64,000 nt of DNA from a virus, in IMG/VR virus record IMGVR_UViG_3300037493_005685, positions 31,499 through 95,498 of that record; one strand, 5' to 3'. A program made the position numbers and the translations under genes. Below, piece by piece: positions 45,910 through 54,863 of this stretch. A model generated the notes under the pieces. It did no database searches. It saw nothing but the letters and a program-made list of their open reading frames with translations, and was not told the DNA's origin. Every line of letters starts with the position of its first letter. The first letter of the stretch is position 1.

Positions 45910-47355
45910 TTAGAACATGTTGCCAACGAGGCGAAGGGCGACCGTCATCACGGTAGCTACGGCCTCAGGCGTCTGTACGTTGAAGTATACCAGCGCGTTT
46001 CCGGCGATGTTGAGCGTAGCCGCCGACAGAGGAATCTGCCGGGTGTCACCCACAACCAGAAGTCCCGTCAGTGCAATGGCTGAAGCAATCTGCGCACCAT
46101 CAGTAGCAGTACCAACATTGATTGTCGCAGGAGTACCAGGAGTACCCGTGACAGTCAGCACCTTGGCGATGAGGTGTGTGGGAGCGAAGCGCTTACCGAC
46201 ATCACCTGTGAGCTGGACGGATAACTCCGTTTCTCCCACGATGGTGTTGAGGCCACTGACCTCGGCCGTCATCGTCGAGTCGTTTACGCGAGCAATGGTG
46301 GTAGCCTGCGTAGCCGTAAGGAAGCCCGAGCTAACGCCAGCGACGGCATCAGCGTGGAGCGTCCCGCCGAGCTGATTGCCGTGCGCGTGGGCGTGGTCGT
46401 CGTTCGACGGACGGTCACTCGTACCAGCCGCCGCAGTGCCAATGGCCGCTGGGGTAGCCGCAGAAGGAGCGTGATGGATGATGTACCAGGCGCTCGAATA
46501 CCAAACGATGATGTCACCGGTCAGGAAGACCTGCGCTGTATTGGTGCGCGTGGCGTTGTTGTCCGTGCAGCCGGTAGTCACGCGGTAGACATGACCCGTC
46601 TTAACGAGACCGACGAGCGGGAAGTCCGTAGCCGCCGCAATGTTTCCACGGAACTGGTACGCCATCTGCGGAGCAAGAATGGTCCAGCCAGTACCGTTCC
46701 ACTGAATGGTGTCACCGTTCGTGTAGATGCCGCTCGTGTTGGTCTTCGTAGCATCGTTGTCGATAACTGCTGCCGTCACGAGATAGCAGTGCCCGCTCTT
46801 AACGCCCGTCGAACCCGTGGGAGCCGGGAAGTCTGCAGCGACTGCGATGGTGCCCTTGTACTGCAGAGGATTCGTGAGGGTGTTGCCCGTCTTAATCCAC
46901 GCCGCACCATCCCACACAACCTCGTCCCCGGCTAAGAAGGAGACGCCCGTATTGGTGTAGGTAGCCCCCGCGTTGTCCGTCACATCGGCAGTGATGTGAT
47001 ACATCCAGCCAGCGGTAACAAGAGCAACCAAAGGAAAGCTGGTGTTAACCGCAATCGCGCCCTTGTACTGAAGCGGTGAGGTCAGACCAGGCACGCCCGA
47101 GATGGTCGTGCTGAGCGCGGCTACTAATGGGTCAGCCACGGTCGTGACGACAGTGTAAGAACAGGCACCAGATGCGACAAGTGCGGCTAGGTCCGTCTGG
47201 ATACGTCCAAACTGATTGTCGGTGATAACAACCGTACCCGTGGCGCCAGAAGCCACCGTTAAGATAAACGGCCCTTCGGCCGGAAAGTTATCCTGAAGAA
47301 TCAACGTCCCTTTATTGCTGGGGACAGTAACAGCGAGCGTAAACATCGTAGACAT
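45910..47355 (-). CDS. virion structural/fibre-like protein with three internal repeats
   Basis: 3x (L/Y)Q(Y/F)(K/R)GxIA...FP...G..Y.(I/V)T...DN...TNT...GD...W....W; AAGGAGG SD. Confidence 0.75.
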   Translation of the reverse strand: MSTMFTLAVTVPSNKGTLILQDNFPAEGPFILTVASGATGTVVITDNQFGRIQTDLAALVASGACSYTVVTTVADPLVAALSTTISGVPGLTSPLQYKGAIAVNTSFPLVALVTAGWMYHITADVTDNAGATYTNTGVSFLAGDEVVWDGAAWIKTGNTLTNPLQYKGTIAVAADFPAPTGSTGVKSGHCYLVTAAVIDNDATKTNTSGIYTNGDTIQWNGTGWTILAPQMAYQFRGNIAAATDFPLVGLVKTGHVYRVTTGCTDNNATRTNTAQVFLTGDIIVWYSSAWYIIHHAPSAATPAAIGTAAAGTSDRPSNDDHAHAHGNQLGGTLHADAVAGVSSGFLTATQATTIARVNDSTMTAEVSGLNTIVGETELSVQLTGDVGKRFAPTHLIAKVLTVTGTPGTPATINVGTATDGAQIASAIALTGLLVVGDTRQIPLSAATLNIAGNALVYFNVQTPEAVATVMTVALRLVGNMF

Positions 47356-47423
47356 GCAGCCTCCTTAGGAGTTTGTTTTTCTACACGAATTGTAGGGTAG
47401 GTTTACTGCGTAAGGAAGGAGAA

Positions 47424-48275
47424 TTAGGCGGAGGTCGTCACGACGGTGATATCAGAGGTCTTCTCGCCTGACCGAAGCTTAATCTTCGCGTAGCCGTTGT
47501 TGGCAGCGAGAGTACCGAGGTCCGGGGTGGTGATGGTCAGCTTGTCAATCGGGCTCGCGGAGATATCAAGCGCCGTGACGGTGCAGGCGATGCCACAGCA
47601 AGAGACCGACAGACCCGAGCCGGTGCCGCCAGCGAGCTGCGTCTCAGCCTGGACAGCGACGTTACCCGCGCCGCTGCCGCCAGCCGTAGCGATGAACACC
47701 GGGCTGGCCGTAACGCTGCCGTTGATGGCCGCAGCGACAAGAGTCGCCGTGTGGGCAGCCCCACCGAAGTCAACGACGAGGTCACTGCCCGTGAGGACAG
47801 CAGAGAGACCACCCGAGGTGGTATCAACGGCCGTAACGGTGTAGGCGTTTCCGTCCTGGCCGGGGAGAATCGAGCGAACCACAACACCCGTGTTCGCAGC
47901 AGCGCCCGTGACAAAGAGGTCAGCGTGGGCACACACCTGGCCAGCGACGAGGTTGTAGCCGTAGAGAACGGTACCAGTCTCGCCCCCGATAGTGATGGAC
48001 TCACTTGCGGAGTAGATATCAGGAAGGCCAGCGAGGTCCGACTCCTGAATCCAAGTCTGATTGCCGCTGATAGCAGTCAGCGTGAAGGTAATATTGCCAG
48101 CCTCCAAGAGGCTCTGAATCTGAGCAGCGATACGGCCGAGCTGCGTGAAGGACAAGTTTACCGTAGCGGTGGAGTTCGTAGCGACTTCCAGAATGAGCAG
48201 ACCCTCAGTGGGGAATGCATCTTGGATGACAACGGGGGCACCACCAGACGGGACAGTAACGGAAAGCTTCAACAT
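47424..48275 (-). CDS. virion structural protein, N-terminal domain paralogous to 45910-47355
   Basis: L.VTVPS....IQD.FP.EG..IL.VA...T.TV.....Q.GRI shared. Confidence 0.75.
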   Translation of the reverse strand: MLKLSVTVPSGGAPVVIQDAFPTEGLLILEVATNSTATVNLSFTQLGRIAAQIQSLLEAGNITFTLTAISGNQTWIQESDLAGLPDIYSASESITIGGETGTVLYGYNLVAGQVCAHADLFVTGAAANTGVVVRSILPGQDGNAYTVTAVDTTSGGLSAVLTGSDLVVDFGGAAHTATLVAAAINGSVTASPVFIATAGGSGAGNVAVQAETQLAGGTGSGLSVSCCGIACTVTALDISASPIDKLTITTPDLGTLAANNGYAKIKLRSGEKTSDITVVTTSA

Positions 48276-48394
48276 TGTTTTACCTCTTCATTTTGCTATC
48301 GGGAACACACTGTCCCGAGATGTACACATGTGTCGAAGAAATTATAGGTTGCCTAGGAGCAAAAAGAAAGGCACCTCACGGTGCCTCTCCTAAC

Positions 48395-48604
48395 CTACGA
48401 AGCGTCCTCTACGAGGCGCTTGTAGGTTTCTTCCGCCTCGATCAGGACTTCGAGTGTGATGACGCATGGCGCATTACGCTCAAGGAAATCCTCCACAATC
48501 CGGAAGGCGTTGGCAGCCTTCATTGCGGCGTCTCGGTCTTCTTTAGACATAGTCTCCAGCCGAGAAGACTGGAGCAATGAGGCTGCCATTACGGCGTACT
48601 TCAT
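48395..48604 (-). CDS. small hypothetical protein inserted in the structural module
   Basis: GGTATAAG motif 48624-48631, AAGGAGG SD. Confidence 0.65.
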   Translation of the reverse strand: MKYAVMAASLLQSSRLETMSKEDRDAAMKAANAFRIVEDFLERNAPCVITLEVLIEAEETYKRLVEDAS

Positions 48605-48635
48605 GGTGTATCCTCCTTGTAGTCTTATACCAAGA

Positions 48636-50171
48636 TTAAGCGCCAATACAGACCCGGAGACTCTTCGCTGTCACGAGGGTACCAGCTATCGCGGTGTTGA
48701 ATCCACCTACAGCTGGCGCCATTGCAGGACCAGAAGGACCCCACGCCGTTGAGTGCGTATGGGAATCAAGGAGCGTGATGAGGCTCTGCATAATAGCCAG
48801 CCACTTTGTGTACAGCATGGCGTAGTCCGTAGGCGGATTAGTAGGAGTCCCAGCAGCCCAAGGTCCGGGAACAGTGCAGCCAAGCCCAATAGAGTTCGGG
48901 AGCAGCGTGTTCAAAGAGATGGCACACTGCGTTGCTGGCATCATGGGGTTGGAGCCCAGCGTTATCATCCCGTTGTAGGCGTAGATGTTAAACCCAGGAA
49001 GCGCTGTGGGCACCGAGCCATCTCGAGGGTCTCCAACATGGAAGCTAGCACTCCCATTAACCATGTGCATCTCGTAAGAAACATTCGTAGGTAGCGCCGT
49101 TAAGGGAGAGCCACCGGAAATAATTTGCTTAAAGACACCGCCAATATTTACAATCTTGTCTCGGTTAATGAGCTCTACCGAGTCTACTCCAACAGTCTTT
49201 GAGCTAGTCCCTGACACCTCAGAAGTTTCGCTACCCTCTACCGTGTTGTAAGTGTTACTGGCAACAAACTGTTCCACGTCGCCTTCGTACCGGTAAATCT
49301 GGTTACCGCCTACAGCGTGCATAGAGCTACCACATGTGATGGTACTAAAGCCCTTAAGCCCGAAGAACTCTATGTTGCCATCACTTGTGAACTTGGCCTG
49401 AGACATAAGCTTGTTATCTATGGACGACACCCGCATGTCGAACATGTTACCCACATCGCCTATGTCCACACTGAAGGTATAGTTCTTAAGGGGTCCACCA
49501 TTCTGAGTCAGCTGGTCCGACGCCCCCTTAAAGGACATGAAATTTCTACCGTTGTTGTTCCCTACCTTAAGAACCCCAAAGGCGTTTAGGTTCTCGTAGT
49601 TCTCAGACACAATGCGCACCAAGTTGTGGTTTCCTGATGCGAGTATCTGCGCGCATTCTGAGCCGTAAATCTGGGCCAGTTTACCGCGTAACACACCAAC
49701 GTAAGAACCGTCAGGACACACCATGGCCATGTCCCCAGGTTGCATGCCCTTTGGGGTTGTTGGCGTTGTGGCGTCTGCTCCAGTGTCTGAACGAGAAGTA
49801 GTTCTTCCTGTATCCAGGGTAGAAAACACAGGCGCATTAGGCGTAGGTACGCCTGCGGTGCCAAGAGCATGAACCCCAGTAATGCAAGGATGCCCAAGGC
49901 TAAAGTCTAGCTCAACTTTTACAGAGCCATCGATGACAGCATGGAAACCACCCATCATTCTAGCCGGTACACCGCTGTAGTACCTGGGGCCTTTGGTGTT
50001 ACCCACCGCCTGGCCTTCTGCGGCTACCATATAAGTGTTCGTCTTGGCGTCGTAGCGGATAACACGCCCGTATGCCTTGCCCGTAGTGTACAAGGGCATG
50101 GACGGTCCTGAGCCGTTAAGAAGGGCCTGCTGTCTGGGGGATACTATTGGGAAAGGGAATCTACGTGGCAT
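48636..50171 (-). CDS. baseplate central spike (gpV/gp5/VgrG-like)
   Basis: N-terminal OB-like region, beta-helix-type VGG/VEG repeats, C-terminal LDSHTH apex motif; TATGCT-N6-ATG. Confidence 0.75.
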   Translation of the reverse strand: MPRRFPFPIVSPRQQALLNGSGPSMPLYTTGKAYGRVIRYDAKTNTYMVAAEGQAVGNTKGPRYYSGVPARMMGGFHAVIDGSVKVELDFSLGHPCITGVHALGTAGVPTPNAPVFSTLDTGRTTSRSDTGADATTPTTPKGMQPGDMAMVCPDGSYVGVLRGKLAQIYGSECAQILASGNHNLVRIVSENYENLNAFGVLKVGNNNGRNFMSFKGASDQLTQNGGPLKNYTFSVDIGDVGNMFDMRVSSIDNKLMSQAKFTSDGNIEFFGLKGFSTITCGSSMHAVGGNQIYRYEGDVEQFVASNTYNTVEGSETSEVSGTSSKTVGVDSVELINRDKIVNIGGVFKQIISGGSPLTALPTNVSYEMHMVNGSASFHVGDPRDGSVPTALPGFNIYAYNGMITLGSNPMMPATQCAISLNTLLPNSIGLGCTVPGPWAAGTPTNPPTDYAMLYTKWLAIMQSLITLLDSHTHSTAWGPSGPAMAPAVGGFNTAIAGTLVTAKSLRVCIGA

Positions 50172-50193
50172 GCACTAAGCATAGCGCGTAATC

Positions 50194-50973
50194 TCAGTCA
50201 CCGAAACCGGTATTCCAGTCGTCGTCGTCTCCAGAGAGAACGCCTGTGTCGGTTACGCCGCCCGTAAAGCCGATGACCAGGTCCATGGAGGAGCGCGGAA
50301 CGTGCACGCCACCACCGGTAACCATCGTGGAGGTGTAGAAAGGAACCAAACGGTCGCACATACCGCCGACATCCTCAAGGACCATATTCTGGCCAGAGGT
50401 GAAGCCGATGGTGTACGTGCTAATCATCGCGAGCTCCACATAGAACGAGCCGAGAGCCTGGCTGGTCTTGTCCTTGAACAAGACGCCCAGGCCGAAGGGC
50501 ACGTAGAAGAGTTCGGAGTCCAAGTTACAGAAGAACAAGGTGCTCGAGCTACCCGGAGAGTTTTGCGGGACTACCGGGTCATCAAAGTTCTCTACCTGTA
50601 CGCCACCGGCAACGGCATTGTGGTAGAGAACGCGCAGCAGGTTTCGGCCGTTCGTGAGCAGACGCCCGATACGCCACGTGGTCATGCTCTTGCCCGAGAC
50701 AAAGAACGCACGACCGGAGCCAATGGCCTGCATGGGCTGTGTGGGCTTTTGGCTGGAGATTTGGAACGTCTGCAGCATGCCGATAGCGAGCATGGTTCTC
50801 CAGGCGCTCGTAGTCGCGTTCTCCGAGAGGTCCACGTTGTTGAAGCGCGGAGGCCCCGCGAGAACGAGAGTGTCGTCTGGATGCGCAGAGGTATACGCCG
50901 AGTTGTCCATAAGACGCTCGACGTTGTTGTTCTGCGTATTCCAGGTGCTAATTCCTTTAGTAACTCCGAGCAT
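50194..50973 (-). CDS. tail tube protein
   Basis: Downstream of sheath; AIGMLQTFQISSQKPTQPMQAIGS tube-like pattern. Confidence 0.7.
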   Translation of the reverse strand: MLGVTKGISTWNTQNNNVERLMDNSAYTSAHPDDTLVLAGPPRFNNVDLSENATTSAWRTMLAIGMLQTFQISSQKPTQPMQAIGSGRAFFVSGKSMTTWRIGRLLTNGRNLLRVLYHNAVAGGVQVENFDDPVVPQNSPGSSSTLFFCNLDSELFYVPFGLGVLFKDKTSQALGSFYVELAMISTYTIGFTSGQNMVLEDVGGMCDRLVPFYTSTMVTGGGVHVPRSSMDLVIGFTGGVTDTGVLSGDDDDWNTGFGD

Positions 50974-51008
50974 CTTTTAAACTCCTCTACTCACTACAGA
51001 GGTGACAG

Positions 51009-51284
51009 TTAGGCTGTTGCGCCAGTAACGGCTTTGTTTACACCAGCATCTAATGCGCCCGCACCGAGTTGCGCTGGCACGCCGCCTGCGACATCCATCG
51101 TTTTACCGGCTACGCCAGTGAATTTACGCTGGCCTGCTTTGGCTATTTGCTGCCCACCCCAGCGGACACCCTTCATAGCGAGCTGGCCAGCAGCGCCTAC
51201 GAAAGCCCGTTTCTCAAGACCGAGAGCTACGAGAACACTCTCGTAGCCCTGGTCGTAAGAAAGCTTTATAAGCTGCTGACTCAT
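51009..51284 (-). CDS. small tagged putative internal virion protein between sheath and tube genes
   Basis: KLSYDQGYESVLVALGLEKRA; TGATG coupling to sheath stop. Confidence 0.7.
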   Translation of the reverse strand: MSQQLIKLSYDQGYESVLVALGLEKRAFVGAAGQLAMKGVRWGGQQIAKAGQRKFTGVAGKTMDVAGGVPAQLGAGALDAGVNKAVTGATA

Positions 51285-53995
51285 CAGGCCACCAAGTGCA
51301 GACCGATAACGTTGAGGGTCATCGGCTGAACCACGCTGATGTACGCTTCGATACGGTCATCGCTAATGTCGCTCTGCTCAACAGAGTCAACAGAAGACGA
51401 GATGAGAGGCGAACCAATCTTCGGAACGTACCTGGACCTCAGGTTTGTGCCGACAGAGTCACAGGCAGACTTGATAGTCCGGATGGTGTTGTCGTTGATG
51501 TTCCACGTACCAATGAACGGCCGCAGCGTATCGAGATACGTCATCGAGATGAAGTCGAGATTCTTCACGGCCATGTACTCGCCCGTCTCCAGTGAAACCA
51601 CATCAGTAGTGACCTCATGGATAGTATAGGGGAGGCCGGAAGGGGTATCCTGTACGAACACGTAGATACCGCCATTGGACAGGTCAGTGAGCTGCTCCTC
51701 GGTGAAGTAGTCACTCGAGCCATATACACGAGAGATTCCGTTAATCGGGAAGTTCGTGAAGCCCTGCTGAGAAGGCTGACCCGCAGTCTGGCCACCGACG
51801 CAGCAGCTCAGGTAGTAACCGGGCTGGTGACCCGCAGCAGTCGGCACGGTAGAAACAGCGCGAACCAAGCTACCATCGGTCAGACCATCCACGTCTACCG
51901 AGGACGGGTAGGCAAGGAGCAAGCGCTTTGAAGCGAAGCCCTGCGCAACCGACAGCATGTTGGTAACCTGCTCCGACTTCGTCATGCTGCGCACGACGCG
52001 CATGAACACCTGACCGCCGGTAACGGCGCGGTCAGTCGCGGCAGTGCGCTTAGTGAGATGCGGAAGCTCGTTCGCGACAGTCGAAGAGTCCGTACCCTCG
52101 TTCACAACGCGGAGACGCGTGGTGCTCTCCACGAGCGAAACAACCCAAGAGTCGTAGGTGGTCCAGAGGTTGGTCTCTGGGTCCGAGGGAATCTGGATGA
52201 CATCACCGGGGATGACATCACTGAAGTCCGCAGTCGGCACCGAGATGATGTTGTAGAGGTCGTCGAGCGCACTGTTCGCCAGAGAGAACGTGGTGCCCGT
52301 ACCAGGATTGGTGATGGGGCTCGTAACAAGCCGGGACACACCAGCCGGGCTCTTGACGTCGAAAGTGCTGGACGCATTCAGCGTGGTGTAAGCCGACGTA
52401 AGAAGCTCGTCCACTTCCAAGACTAAAGCACTGTTAACGTGGGCCACAGTCAGGGTAGCGGTACCCGTGGTGTGCACGATTGTCACGATATCGCCAGGAA
52501 GAACTGAGGTGGTGAAGTCCGCAGTCTGCCCCGCGTCTTTCGTGAGGGTCAGCGTATGCAGCGTTCCCGGAGAGCTGCTAACCTGCACGCTGGTGGTACC
52601 GCCACCAATCACAGGCACAACGTCCATACTCGTCACGAGCTCAACCGCGCCAGCGACGTGCCGGAACTTCTGCTTGATGCCGTGGTCCAGAACGTAGTTC
52701 GGGTCGGAGTAGCTGGTTGTCATAACGTTCAACACACCCAGGATGGTCGTGTTGTAGGTCAGAGGAACCAGCGAGTAGAAGTCTTTGTCCGTGCTCACCG
52801 TATCCAGGAAGTCCTGGTAGCCAGCGAGGTCATCGGACGCCAGGCCGTAAGCGCGGACTTTCGTCGTGGTGTTGGCCTTCGCCAGAGACACACCGACATG
52901 CAGAGGGTTACGGGCATCGTACTTACCGAGGTAGGTAGTCAGGTCCGTCTGCGTCTCGATGTCCACAATGCGCTGCAGGTCCTGGCGCAGGGCCAAGTAC
53001 TGCATGTAAACCTTGGCGTAGCTGATGCGCTTCGACACCGGGGCACCAGCGATTGTCACAGGCGCCGTCAGCGCGCCAGCAACCGTAGTCGCCTTGGTCT
53101 CGGAGTCCACGGTGACAGAACCGGCAGGCACTTCGTAGTCGTTGAGCTGCCGCTCGACGCGCCAGAGACGGTTACCTACACTGGAGCTATTCGCAGCAGT
53201 GAAGTCAGCCGTCGTGCGCAGGTAGCACTCATCAGCCAGGCCCGTAACGCTTGTCGGGCCATCAATCACCGTGCCGTTGGCACTAGTAATCGTGACCGTG
53301 GCATCGTTAACGGCGCCAACCCAGGCAGAAGTACCGGTGGATTCCACTTCGATACGCTGCGCCACGGAGGAGCCGTTCTCGACGTACTTCTTCTTGACCG
53401 TGTACGTGCCGTTACGCGGGACAGCTGCGGCGTCACCTGTGATGGTGATGATGTCGCCTGCCTGCACACCGAGCGTGTTGAAGTTCGGCCCGGCAGCAGA
53501 GTACAACACGAACACGAGCTCTTTGACCGTCATCACATAGTCAGAAGCACCATCGTTCTTTACGATGAGCGTGTCGCCAGCTTGGACACCGCGCTCTTGC
53601 ATCGTATCCACACCAGCGCCTGGCGTAGCAGGACGGAAGATGTTGTCATTCGCCCAGTACGTTGCGAGGTTAGCGGAATCACTACCGGCGATGACTTCAC
53701 TCAAGATGACGCGGTAATCGTCGAAGAAGATTTTCGCGCTTGCGTCTTCAAGAATCGCACCGGCCTCAAGATTCGGCGGAGTAACGATACTCAAAGCGGT
53801 GACAGTAGCCACTGGATTGGCGGCGTTAACCGCGCTACCGTACGTCGTGGAATAGCAGTCTGTCTTGTCGTCCAGGTAGTCGAGAATTTGCTTACACGGA
53901 CCAACCACGAGGACATTCAAGTCAGCGATATCAGGTGAAACGGTGAACTCCCGGTACTCCTGAAAAACGATCACATTGGGTCGAGTGAGGGCCAT
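51284..53995 (-). CDS. tail sheath protein
   Basis: 903 aa; N-terminal RPNVIVFQEY; sheath-like C-terminal domain (GFTNFPI...FIGTWNIN...PMTLNVIGLHLV). Confidence 0.85.
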   Translation of the reverse strand: MALTRPNVIVFQEYREFTVSPDIADLNVLVVGPCKQILDYLDDKTDCYSTTYGSAVNAANPVATVTALSIVTPPNLEAGAILEDASAKIFFDDYRVILSEVIAGSDSANLATYWANDNIFRPATPGAGVDTMQERGVQAGDTLIVKNDGASDYVMTVKELVFVLYSAAGPNFNTLGVQAGDIITITGDAAAVPRNGTYTVKKKYVENGSSVAQRIEVESTGTSAWVGAVNDATVTITSANGTVIDGPTSVTGLADECYLRTTADFTAANSSSVGNRLWRVERQLNDYEVPAGSVTVDSETKATTVAGALTAPVTIAGAPVSKRISYAKVYMQYLALRQDLQRIVDIETQTDLTTYLGKYDARNPLHVGVSLAKANTTTKVRAYGLASDDLAGYQDFLDTVSTDKDFYSLVPLTYNTTILGVLNVMTTSYSDPNYVLDHGIKQKFRHVAGAVELVTSMDVVPVIGGGTTSVQVSSSPGTLHTLTLTKDAGQTADFTTSVLPGDIVTIVHTTGTATLTVAHVNSALVLEVDELLTSAYTTLNASSTFDVKSPAGVSRLVTSPITNPGTGTTFSLANSALDDLYNIISVPTADFSDVIPGDVIQIPSDPETNLWTTYDSWVVSLVESTTRLRVVNEGTDSSTVANELPHLTKRTAATDRAVTGGQVFMRVVRSMTKSEQVTNMLSVAQGFASKRLLLAYPSSVDVDGLTDGSLVRAVSTVPTAAGHQPGYYLSCCVGGQTAGQPSQQGFTNFPINGISRVYGSSDYFTEEQLTDLSNGGIYVFVQDTPSGLPYTIHEVTTDVVSLETGEYMAVKNLDFISMTYLDTLRPFIGTWNINDNTIRTIKSACDSVGTNLRSRYVPKIGSPLISSSVDSVEQSDISDDRIEAYISVVQPMTLNVIGLHLVA

Positions 53996-54047
53996 TTGCA
54001 GCTCCTTTATAGGTCACACATCGGTTCAGAAGAAGTGTACGTTTTTT

Positions 54048-54863
54048 CTAATCCCGTACACTTCGGCGTAACACTAGTCGTTGGTAGTAAGCGTCAGGCG
54101 TTACCCCTTCTTTTCGAATAGCTAACGCGATGTCGTTGACTAGAGGCGCTATGGGACGCACTGCCCAGCGCATCTCGGTAGTGACCGAGAAGTGTATCTG
54201 CGTTTTCCAGATATCCTTCTCCTCCTCATCAACCACTGTTTTTCCTAAGATAGGCTCGGTGATGTCATAGATACCGAAGTCGTGTCGGAAGATATCTCGA
54301 GTGGCTAGGAGAAAAAAGAAAACCGTGTCGCCTAAGATAGATGACTCTCCAGGCGTCTCAGAAGAACACGAAATCATCATGTCCGTTTGCGCGAGGCAGT
54401 AGTATGCCTTGAGGCCACTTGGAAGACGCTCTCCCGCCCGGTTATCCACCACTACCTTTTGCGCTACTGTGTTCCCGTGGTCCACGTAAATAGCTGGGCG
54501 GTAGTTGTGTGTTCCACGGTGTACGTTGAACGCAGAGTCTATGAGTATCTTCGTTCGAATCTCATCTGGGTTCTCTGGCTCTGGGCATTCTGCTTGGGGA
54601 CGAAGACTGTTGTCCCATACCCAAGGAAGGTCCTCACGTGCTTCAGGAGCTCCTTCTGAGTAGGCATGTTCATCTTCAGAATCCATGGCCCCACCACCAA
54701 AAACACTGCCGCCGATGGCGTTGTATCCAAACCTCTCGCGTATGGCGAGCATGAATAACCCCACCAACGCTAACGGCGTTCCCGGCGCAACACGTCTGGA
54801 CTCGTCCACAGACCTAGGAAGATGGCTGCCTTCGTATATCTGATTTGTAAGTATGATGCTCAT
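54048..54863 (-). CDS. putative tail terminator/completion protein
   Basis: Between neck genes and sheath; RPAIYV motif; TAATG overlap. Confidence 0.6.
   Translation of the reverse strand: MSIILTNQIYEGSHLPRSVDESRRVAPGTPLALVGLFMLAIRERFGYNAIGGSVFGGGAMDSEDEHAYSEGAPEAREDLPWVWDNSLRPQAECPEPENPDEIRTKILIDSAFNVHRGTHNYRPAIYVDHGNTVAQKVVVDNRAGERLPSGLKAYYCLAQTDMMISCSSETPGESSILGDTVFFFLLATRDIFRHDFGIYDITEPILGKTVVDEEEKDIWKTQIHFSVTTEMRWAVRPIAPLVNDIALAIRKEGVTPDAYYQRLVLRRSVRD

Larger units (their letters stand above)
2837..48631 (-). promoter_or_regulatory. recurrent promoter-like motif GGTA(T/A)(A/G/C)AG upstream of accessory genes
   Basis: Copies at 2837, 14683, 15263, 15524, 17391, 19122, 19276, 23654, 35431, 38736, 41310, 48624. 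Confidence 0.65.
3251..50183. promoter_or_regulatory. leaderless promoter class TAnnnT-N6-ATG (9 sites)
   Basis: Hexamers at 3260-3265(-), 4117-4122(-), 5452-5457(-), 11587-11592(+), 16094-16099(+), 17424-17429(+), 36053-36058(+), 41329-41334(+), 50178-50183(-). Confidence 0.7.
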
